The translations under genes were made by a program, and so were the position numbers. A stretch of DNA of 63,552 nt, filler included, from Folioceros fuciformis (taxonomy: Eukaryota): NCBI GenBank assembly GCA_049999805.1. It is 10 parts of 10 records of this genome, joined end to end, with 100 filler letters (N's around TTAATTAATTAA, not from the genome) between each part and the next. Parts side by side here need not be neighbours in the genome. Positions count along the whole stretch, not along the records: positions 34,366 to 40,865 come from JBNGIO010004440.1; positions 40,966 to 45,309 come from JBNGIO010004441.1; positions 45,410 to 56,928 come from JBNGIO010004442.1; 7 more parts are not named here. One strand, 5' to 3'. The notes under the pieces are model-generated. The model made no database searches. It was given only the letters and a program-made list of their open reading frames with translations, and was not told where the DNA came from. Shown here piece by piece: positions 39,077 to 51,246 of this stretch; within the stretch, counting starts at the first letter, position 1, and the number at the start of each line of letters is the position of its first letter.

Positions 39077-39680
39077 GCGTCCATCTACTTTGCACAATGA
39101 GGTTTCACTTAGAGCTGACCTTTTCTTGACTAGGGGAGAATAGGTTTGTGTTGTTGATGTGGTTGTTATGGATTCCACTAGAGATTCGATTTGTGAGCAC
39201 GTCATCATCAACCCCCCTAGTTGGGTGACAAAGGGTTGTGCAAGTGCCAAAGTCCATAAGTATTCTCCCTTGCAAGATGAGCATACTTTCATCCCCCTTG
39301 CTCTTGAGACTCATGGAGCTATGGGCAAGGACTTTTCAAGGTTTATCAAGGAGTGNNNNNNNNNNNNNNNNNNNNNNNNNNNNNNNNNNNNNNNNNNNNN
39401 NNNNNNNNNNNNNNNNNNNNNNNNNNNNNNNNNNNNNNNNNNNNNNNNNNNNNNNATCCATTGCTTTGCAACGAGCATCGGTCAATGCAGTTTTTAGAAC
39501 AGCAACAAGCGCAGGTCAAGCGGCTTCTTCAGCACCGGTGGTAGGTAGACCTTTTATTATTCCACATCATGACATTTTGGGAGAAGTAGATAGTTTTTGA
39601 AAATGATATTCACATGGGGATTGTTCTTTCAATCTTTGGAGTAGATGGGACTTTCCATCTTTTTTTTCAATCATAGAAAA
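39077..39680 (+). mobile_element. 5'-truncated CRE-like element 3' end
   Basis: Matches 29447 onward: ASAKVHKYSPLQDEHTFIPLALETHGAMGKDFSRFIKE, plus 3' UTR. Confidence 0.85.
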
Positions 39681-39832
39681 TACCTTTTTATGTTCATCTT
39701 ATCATAGTAGTGATGTTATTCCAATCATCCGAGAGAGTATTCCTTTCTTCGTGTCATGGGGTATTAGTGTATCCATTTCCCACGTAATCTTCCTATGCTC
39801 CTCAAGAAGATCATGACCTATATCGACTCTGA

Positions 39833-39975
39833 GCGGACGCCGTCCAGGTCGCGGCAGACAACAACCACATACAAAGACACCTGCGCGTACGCCGTCCAGG
39901 TCGCGGCAGAAAACAACAACATACAAAGGCTCCTGCGCGGACGCCGTCCAGGTCGTGGCAGAAAACAACAAACAC
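39833..39975. repeat. Three imperfect ~50-55 bp repeats (CGCCGTCCAGGTCGCGGCAGA core)
   Basis: The core appears three times. Confidence 0.75.
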
Positions 39976-40443
39976 CTTGCCGGTGGCGACCCGGCCGGTC
40001 CGGTCGTGCGTGGCAGATGTGTGCCGGAACGTTGGAGCTTGTCTTTAATCGTCGCACTGAAGACGGCCAATTGCGTCATCCCGGGGGTTTCTGCCGTATC
40101 TCACTCAAGGCCTGCTCTGATCTCATCCGAGTGCGATACTGTATGTACAGTAATCCGCTGTCACACACCTGGTCGTGGTGGGCGGCAACCCGTTCAAAGT
40201 CAACTTTCTGTTTATGGAGTGAGCCAGGGCAAGACATCATCGGCGTGGTGGAACTGGTAGGATCCTACAACCGTACACTCCGGCAGGAAGCTGGAGAGAG
40301 AACATTTTGGAGCCGTCCTTGAGGACGGAGATTCAGTTGGTTTCTCAGGAAAGAGAAAACCAAACTTCCGTTAGGATTCAATTGTTTCTTTTCTTAGGAA
40401 AGAAGAAAGGAAGCTTGCGTTCGTACTACAGGCAGCAACGGAT

Positions 40444-40818
40444 TTAGTACAAATGCAGTGGCAACCTGGGCTTCACCATAACTGTCAGAGGCGTCTTCCT
40501 CTGCAGCGTCAGACTGAATTTCTCCTCCATGTCCAGTTGCTCGTGCCCCTTTCCGTCCGGAAGAGACCAGTCGAAGCTGTGAATGAATCGCGCCAGCACG
40601 TAGTGTACCATAAGGCCACCCAGCTTATACCCCGGGCACATCCGTTTTCCGATTCCGAAAGGAATGAATGCCAGCTTCTTTATCATCTCCTCCGCGTTGC
40701 TCCCCGTAAACCTATCTGGGTCGAACTTCAAAGGGTCCTCCCATATGGCGGGGTCCCGACCCATGGCCCACGCCTGGACCATCAGTGTGCAGTCGGCAGG
40801 AATATCATATCCTTGAAT
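40444..40818 (-). CDS. Cytochrome P450 (CYP71 clan), last exon
   Basis: IQGYDIPA..WAMGRDPAIWEDPLKFDPDRF (PERF-like), heme motif FGIGKRMCPG, FDW.LP, LDMEE, KPRLPLHLY*. Confidence 0.93.
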   Translation of the reverse strand: MQGYDIPADCTLMVQAWAMGRDPAIWEDPLKFDPDRFTGSNAEEMIKKLAFIPFGIGKRMCPGYKLGGLMVHYVLARFIHSFDWSLPDGKGHEQLDMEEKFSLTLQRKTPLTVMVKPRLPLHLY

Positions 40819-41102
40819 CTGCGTGTTGTGCGGATTGGTATCAATGTTTCAGCTACGTCTACTCTNNNNNNNNNNNNNNNNNNNNNNNNNNNNNNNNNNN
40901 NNNNNNNNNTTAATTAATTAANNNNNNNNNNNNNNNNNNNNNNNNNNNNNNNNNNNNNNNNNNNNCCCATAGCCCCCGATCCAACACCTTCTCTTGAGGT
41001 GCTTGAGCCAAGTACCTAGCTTAACAATCAGAACGATGTAGGAACAAGTTTTGTTTGGTTGGTTGCACCTACGATGGCATGCTTGAAGGTGAAGGAGCTG
41101 TC

Positions 41103-41219
41103 GCCAAGGCGGGTGCAATGGCCTCGGGGGAGCCAAGGCGGGTGCAATGGCCTTGGGGGAGCCAAGGCACCTGCAATAGCCTCGGGGGAGCCAAGGCGGG
41201 TGCAATGGCCTCGGGGGAA
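41103..41219. repeat. 29-bp tandem repeat x4
   Basis: gccaaggcgggtgcaatggcctcggggga at 41103, 41132, 41161 and 41190. Confidence 0.9.
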
Positions 41220-41514
41220 CCAGCGGCTCGTTGCCCTATTGTTTGCGTTGGCAACGGAGCAAGAGGCTGTAAGTGACCGAGGCAGACAAGATGAAGCCTG
41301 AACTAGGCTGGATGTTGGACAACTTGAGGGCAGAAAGCCCAAACACTGTGGGGCACCTGGTAACTGTGGATGGGGGGCACACCCGTGCTTGCCTAGTAGT
41401 TGGGCGGGCACTAATGTGCCTAGCACACGAAAAAGCAGAGTTCGGCGTGCTGAAAGGTTTGCTTGCAAGGTGGTGGCATGTTTGCAAAGAAACGACATTC
41501 AAGTAACCTACAAT

Positions 41515-41755
41515 CATGTGCACAAATGTCCTCTTTGGCCTTGACCCTAAAACTCTATTTTCAAGGACGTTCACAAATGTCCTAAACCTCTATTTTCAAG
41601 GATGTGCACAAATGTCCTCTCTAGCCTTGACCCTNNNNNNNNNNCCTTGACCCTAACTCTATTTTCAAGGATGTGCACAAATGTCCTCTCTGGCCTCGAC
41701 CCTAACTCTATTTTCAAGGATGTGCACAAATGTCCTCTTGGCCCTGACCCTAAAA
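41515..41755. repeat. ~50-bp tandem repeat
   Basis: atgtgcacaaatgtcctct..ccttgaccctaactctattttcaagg repeated about five times. Confidence 0.88.
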
Positions 41756-42176
41756 CTTGCGGACGCGCGCTGTTTCTAAAACAAACCTCGTGAACTTCAA
41801 GTAGCAGCAACTGGGGTGACACGTAAGTAGTACGATTCTCCTTCCAAGTGTGGACATCTTCTATGCAAGAATTCTTNNNNNNNNNNGTACGATTCTCCTT
41901 CCAAGTGTGGACATCTTCTATGCAAGAATTCTTCATTCCTAGAATTGGTCTGGAAAAAGAGAGATTCATTGGCTTCTGATCATGTCGGTCATGATGAGAC
42001 GAGGATCAGCATTGGCCATCCACATCCACAGTCTCACATTGGGGGCGGATGGGTGGAGTTCATCAAGCACAATCAACCATGCAGCGAAAAAGAAGAAATA
42101 CATACCCATATATCCTCGGGGCCAGGGGGTAGCTACGTACACAGTCGAGCACTGCCGGGCACTTCACTCACTCTTC

Positions 42177-43800
42177 TCACGGTCGACCCAGCTGCAACCC
42201 CCATTTTGCGAATCGATGCACAAGGTACCCATCCCTCACCCTCACCCTCACAACAATGTCTCTCCGTTCAAGCCTTGACATAATCTCCGTGGAATCGTGG
42301 CAGTTGCTGCACAAGAAGTGGTCCATGTCACCACATCCTTTTTACAAACACCCGGCGAGCGTCGTCCAGTGCACCACCTTTTGCATCCATGTCCAGTAGG
42401 CAGGTGCCTAGCACTACATTATCCAGCAGTCCTCTGTCGACAACCTGCGAATACAGCTGCCTGCCCTTTTGCAACGCACCGCTGCTTCCACAGACCTTCA
42501 GAAGGCAAGCAAAAGTAACGTGGTCAGCCAAAGTGAGGCCCTCATCCTCCATTTGTCCACACACATGAGCCGTCTCTTCGTTCACTCCTTGCAAGCTCTG
42601 CATATCCAGCAATCAGGGCCATCCATGGCACAACATCCTGAATTGCCAAACTGTCAAAGACCTGCTGTGCGTCTTTCAGTTCACCTCGTTTTGCATACAG
42701 GACCACCGGGCAGTTTGCCCACCAATAAGTTTACCCCTGCAATCCTCTTTCAACAATCAGTGAGTTCAGCTGCCTGCCCTTCTGTAATCCTTGCACAGGC
42801 CCTCTGAAGGCAAGCAAATGTTGTTACATAGTTCGCCAAACTCAGCCCATCCTGCTGCATTTTGCCAGTACAAAACAAGAGCCACGTGTCTGAGCCTTGG
42901 CTCAGCATGCCCAGCCATCAAGGAATTCCATGTCACTACATTCTTTGCGTTCATGCTGTCAAGAACCCGGAGTGCATCTGTGAAATCACAACGTTTTGCA
43001 CACCCAGATATGGGAGAATTCCACGTCACCACATCCTCTGTTGCCACACTGTCAAGACCCGGAGTGCAGTCTGTGTAATCTTCACGCTTTGCATATCCAG
43101 ATATAGGGACATCCTCTGTTACCATGCTGTCAAAATCTGGCATGCACCTTTACTTATCCACATTTTGCGCACACTTCCACCAGGCAATTTCGAACAAATA
43201 GGTTAGTTGAATAGTCACTGCGCAACACATCGTAGTTGACTTTTCTGCCACATTCCAAGTCGGCAGCAAAGGTGCGAAGCCCGAAGAGCAGCTGAGAACA
43301 TGTGACCGTTTGCATTCACTCCTGACCTACGCGTCTCATGGTAAATTTGTACGGCCGCTTTAGGTTTCCCCAGCTTGAGGGTCGCAAAGAGCAGAGATGA
43401 TGGAAGACTTCCCATTCTGGTGAACACATCCATTGAGTTCTCATTGCCTACCCCCGCATGCATACATGCACAATAGATGGTTCCCCAAGGCATTGAGACG
43501 ATGAACTTGTCGCCTCTGAACCGAATCCCCTTCAGCTCTTTAGCGCAGTGTAAAGCAGAGACTGGGAAACAGCAGAGTATGTCTGCACCAGAGATTGAAG
43601 GGCCCCAACCGCTGCGGAAAGCTTTCCCAACTGCTTGAACATGTTTGATTACGCTCAGCTCCTCTCAGCTCTTCATATGTGGTCTGTTGTCCAACCACAT
43701 GGTAGACTCCAGGAAAAAAATGTTGCCACAAGTGACTCTGCTCCTGCTGCTGGCAGCGCTCTGGGAAACCCATCCCTGCTCACGCACTTTTCTTCCAAGT
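42177..43800 (-). pseudogene. Degenerate PDF-motif + PLS-PPR + GRP-type DYW:KP gene
   Basis: Frameshifted LWQHFF/LESTMWLDNR at the 5' end, broken PLS repeats, a deletion joining KDVVTW to CSNCHDSTEIMSRLERRDIVVR..DGYLVHRF, and a terminal GRP*. Confidence 0.85.
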
Positions 43801-44094
43801 GGAACTGCTGGGCTCCTTACAATGCTGCACCCGGAGTCTTTGGGTCGCCATAGTCGGATTCCCCAAGATGAGGTCAGAGGGAGCTTTTGATAGAATCCAT
43901 TGGATGATGTGGCCCACCACGTTCAGAGTGGTACTTTCTTTCATTCAATTGGGAGGAGCGAGCCTCTCCGGTGATGTTCATACACCTGTTTGGACAGACA
44001 CGGGATACAACAAAGCACGTGCGGGTACCCCAACATGAAACAGGCCCTTTCCTCTGGCGTATACACTAACGCTTTCACTAGTCCACCATGATTC

Positions 44095-45309
44095 TCACGG
44101 TCGACCTTTACAACTGCAACAACCAGCTGCAAATCGATGCACACGATACCCATCCCTTACCACAATGTCTCTACGTTCGAGCCATGACAAGATCTCCGTC
44201 GATTTGTGGCAGTCGCTGCACATGCGTAGATTCTTGGTTACCACCAGAGGCGTCCCACTCGGAGTGTTCAAGAGACCAAACGCAACAGCTAGCTTCTCAG
44301 CATGGCCACAAAGCGCATCTTCCTTTTCCTTCTCAGACAGTGGCTTCAGCACCAATTTTGTGAGAGGTACGTGGCCACCCTCCTGTTTCACACGTGCATT
44401 GGTGGCCTCCACCTCAAGCGCAAGATCTTGTCTCCTTTCCCCCACTAGAAATCTATGTACTTGCTTATTCACCTCGATGCTCGCCACAGCAGGTTTCTTG
44501 TTAGCTCCTGCTAGCCTTCTCTGTGCCTCAATCCTGTCTACATCCGTCCACCTACCTGCATCTGCATAGACATTCGCCATGAGCACATACGCAGTCGCAT
44601 CCTGGGGGTCCAGTGTAACAATGCGTTCAAAACACCAAATCGCCCTGCCTACATCACCGTGACTTTTGCACGCATTCAACAAAGATCTCAACCCCACAGC
44701 ATTCCTTTGGCCCTCACATGACGAAAGCATCTTCTCAGCCTCATCTAAATGGCCAGCACGCCCAAGAAGATCAATCATGCAGGTGTAATGTTCGACTGTA
44801 GGTTTGATGCCATGCTTTTCGGCCATGGAATCGAAATGCTTGCGGCCCTCGTGCACAAGTCCTTCATGACTGCAGGCTGCTAGAAGGCAAGTAAAAGTAG
44901 CAGCATCAGGCCGAATACCAGCCGCTAACATCTCCTCAAAACAAGCTAGCGCTTTCTGACCATCATCACAAGTACCATACCCAGCTATTAGGGCATTCCA
45001 TGTCACCACATCCTTCGCGACCAAGCTTTCAAAAACTCGGCGAGCCTCTTTCAGTGCACCACATTTTGCATACATGTCCAGCAAGCAGGTGCCCACCAGT
45101 GTGTCATCCAGCAGTCCTTTTTCAACAATTTGAGAGTGCAGCTGCCTGCCCTTCTGTAAGGCACCAGTGCTTCCGCATGCCTTCAGAAGGAAAGCGAAAG
45201 TAACGTAGTTTGCTACCATCAGACCCTCCTGCTGCATCTGTTCATACAAAACAAGCGCCTCGTGGCCGAGTCCTTGCTGTGCATACCCAGCAATCAGCGC
45301 CGTCCATGT
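44095..45309 (-). CDS. PLS-PPR protein with DYW:KP (GRP-ending) domain, putative U-to-C editing factor; 5' truncated by scaffold end
   Basis: P2-L2-S2-E1-E2, NKKPAVASIEV, CGHAEKLA, NLRMCSDCH, RDGYRVHRFAAGCCSCKGRP*. Confidence 0.93.
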   Translation of the reverse strand, partial: TWTALIAGYAQQGLGHEALVLYEQMQQEGLMVANYVTFAFLLKACGSTGALQKGRQLHSQIVEKGLLDDTLVGTCLLDMYAKCGALKEARRVFESLVAKDVVTWNALIAGYGTCDDGQKALACFEEMLAAGIRPDAATFTCLLAACSHEGLVHEGRKHFDSMAEKHGIKPTVEHYTCMIDLLGRAGHLDEAEKMLSSCEGQRNAVGLRSLLNACKSHGDVGRAIWCFERIVTLDPQDATAYVLMANVYADAGRWTDVDRIEAQRRLAGANKKPAVASIEVNKQVHRFLVGERRQDLALEVEATNARVKQEGGHVPLTKLVLKPLSEKEKEDALCGHAEKLAVAFGLLNTPSGTPLVVTKNLRMCSDCHKSTEILSWLERRDIVVRDGYRVHRFAAGCCSCKGRP

Positions 45310-45704
45310 NNNNNNNNNNNNNNNNNNNNNNNNNNNNNNNNNNNNNNNNNNNNTTAATTAATTAANNNNNNNNNNNNNNNNNNNNNNNNNNNNNNNNNNN
45401 NNNNNNNNNTCCAGTTCCAGTTCGCAAAGGACCAACACCAAGTACATATGTACAGCGTGTACGTACGTACTACGTACCAAGTCCCGAGACAGGAGACTCA
45501 ATCCAAATCGACTCTAATAGACGTCTTCTACACAGCCACCCACCTGCATTTAAGCAAACTGGACTGCATATCGCAGAGTGCTCGGGATTCGCGTCTCTCC
45601 ACCGCTAACAAGGAATCGTGTGCTAGTGGGACTCACTCGCCGATAATATGTATATGTTTTGTATGGGTTGATCAAATCGATCCTACGATCCAGTAGCTCG
45701 GGCG

Positions 45705-48476
<2,772 letters not shown>

Positions 48477-48844
48477 AGGGACGAGAACAGGGAGCTTCGG
48501 TTCTCTTCCTTTTTGTCCCCGAGCACCGATGTGCTGCCTCTTGGTGGATTTGTTGATTGCCTCCAGAGTGAAGCGATATTATTGTAAACTTTAGAGGTGG
48601 CAGTAATTTGCTTGTCCTTTGAGGGACGTGTCCAGCATGAGACGCCAGGATACGTGATCATCCACTCTTTTGTCATTCTGGTGACTTCCGTGTTGAAGAG
48701 CTGAGACCTGTCTGAAAAGCGAAAAATTGGTGCGAACAACCACAGGCACCGAGGCCAAGTTCAACGCCGGTACCGGGCTTTCTCTACACTGAAAAAGGCC
48801 GTGTCGACGATCTCACTACGACTATTGCTGTCTTCGACTTTTCT

Positions 48845-50440
48845 AATAAGTTGGAGAACTTTTGAGATTTGGGTTATCTAGGCCCTTGGAGACATTAGAT
48901 CCCGACACCTTTGNNNNNNNNNNNNNNNNNNNNNNNNNNNNNNNNNNNNNNNNNNNNNNNNNNNNNNNNNNNNNNNNNNNNNNNNNNNNNNNNNNNNNNN
49001 NNNNNNNNNNNNNATTAGTAATTTGGCTCAGAAGCAAACATCCCTACCACTTGCCTTCAAGGGCACTAACTTACTAGCCATGGAGGCCTTGTCGCAACGA
49101 CCTTCCTTTGTCCCTTCATGCTTCAATTTTAGGCTCTTGTTGTCTACTCTTGGCTGACTCCGAGGCAGGTTAGAGACTCTTGCCTTTGGACGCTAAGGGG
49201 GCCATGCCTTGCTTTTCCTTCTCTAGGAAATGGATGCAGGTCTTCAAGCCTCTAGTAGGAACAGTAGTATGTATAAGCGCAAAAGGTCCTGTAGTTGGAC
49301 TCATCCATCCTTAGGTCCTCTTGGGCTAGCATTGGGTCTTATTCTAGAAAGAGGGTTGGATTTTGGCCTCTATCTTGGCCCCGAATCACACTAACAACTA
49401 TTGTGATGAGATGAGATTCTACTTGAGATAGGTCCATCCTTTGACCTTTTCTTTCTCCATATGTTGTGGGTAGCCATTGTTGACAATGGGTCCCATCTGG
49501 TACATTTGTCCCATCAAGAAGTGCAGCATGTCACCACATGATAGAATTCGCCAAGTCATGTTTTCTATGACTAGAGAGGTGAGCTCTTTCCATATACATT
49601 GTGCATGCATAATTGAGTGCTGCTCAGAAATATACATTACACACAAATGAGTGTCACTTCGAGTGAACATTCACTCTTTTTCACAGGCCGTTGTTGCTAA
49701 TATGGTAGTAGCTAATCTTACATTAGGTGTTCCATTTGCAAGCATGTCATCATCAATGTCACTGATCCTGCATTATATATTTTATTTGCAAGCAAGTCAT
49801 CAATGGTCTAAGTTGGACAGCAAAGAGATCAATGTGCAAGAGGTCCATAAGTACCCTCCCGTGCAAGATGGTCATATCTTCATCCCTTGCTCTTGAGATC
49901 CATGGGTCATGAGCAAGGACTTTTCATCCTAGGGTATTATAATCTAGGAATGAGTTTCTCTCCATGTCCTAGTGCATAGCCTTCTTTCAACAATGCATCT
50001 TCATAACTTCAAAGAGCACATAGTGCATCATCACAACATCTTGGTAGGCCCTTAGTCATTTCTCATTACAACATCCTGGTAGGCCCTTAGTCATTTCTCA
50101 AAACAACATCTTGGTGGGCCCTTAGTTATTTCTCATCAAACATTTTGGAGTAGTAGATGGTTGGTAGGCTTTTTGTCATTTCTTATCACGACATCTTAGA
50201 ATAGTGGGTTATTGGTAGGCTCTTCGTCATTTCTTATCATGACATCTTGGAGCAGTGGGTGGTTAGTAGTCTCTTTGTCATTTCTTATCACAACATTCTA
50301 GAATAGGTAGCTATGGCACAACATATGGGAGCAACATGTATGCATGGGAGCAAATGCTAGTCCCCTTTTGATCTTCAACCCTTTTGACGTTGTTTCTCCT
50401 TTATTATTGGGTAGATGGAATATTCCATCTCTTTCTAATC
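48845..50440 (+). mobile_element. Highly degenerate CRE-like element 3' half
   Basis: Colinear similarity to 28700-30090 (atttggctcagaag.., gtccataagtaccctcccgtgcaagatggtcatatcttcatccc). Confidence 0.7.
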
Positions 50441-51246
50441 ATTGTTGCTCCTTTATTATTAGATTAGATGAAGTGTCCCATGTATTTTTAATAAAAATAT
50501 ATAATAACAATACAAATTTAATTACAACCATGATGCAAAAATGGGGATGAGATACTCCTATGGNNNNNNNNNNNNNNNNNNNNNNNNNNNNNNNNNNNNN
50601 NNNNNNNNNNNNNNNNNNNNNNNNNNNNNNNNNNNNNNNNNNNNNNNNNNNNNNNNNNNNNNNCTCCTATGGAGGCTGACACGATGATGAGTTTGAAAAT
50701 ATGTTAAAATATAAAATTTATATCTTTATAATGATTAAATAAATAAAAAGACAAAAAATCGGACGTCCCTGGGTCAATAAAGTGGTGCGCAGTGAAAGAG
50801 ACCCATGGTTCGGCCTACTACGTAGGACAACGAGTTGATTCGTTAACAGATAAACGTCACGACCGCAACATTGTTTACCAAGGAGGTTGACATAAGGTGA
50901 TCAAGCAGTGCCCGTTTGTGAACACTGCAAACGAAGTACCCAGAAATGTGAACGAGAAGTTCATGTCATACATACGTCCGAAAAATCCCCTACCTCACTA
51001 GTATGCTACCTCATAGCTTTGCCAAGGATGTATTAAGCAGGAGAACACTTCTCTTAAAAGTCCACTAAGGTAATCACGCAGTACACCCTCATGAATACTG
51101 CAAAGGAACTTGGTCACGAGTACTGGTGGAGTGAACTTCAGTCATACGTGTGGAACATACCCTCAACTCAATAGTGTCAACTCGTGGGAAAATTGGTTGC
51201 CGTCACTGTGTCCTGTAACGTGTCGCATCGTCAGTTTCTTTCGTTC

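Noticed and set aside
38232-39080. CRE family as a telomere-targeting element like MoTeR or Cnl1
   Set aside because: Telomeric repeats lie in opposite polarity relative to the two adjacent copies, none of the 3' ends abut telomeric repeats, and the nested copy inserted at CCAAGG. Not supported here.
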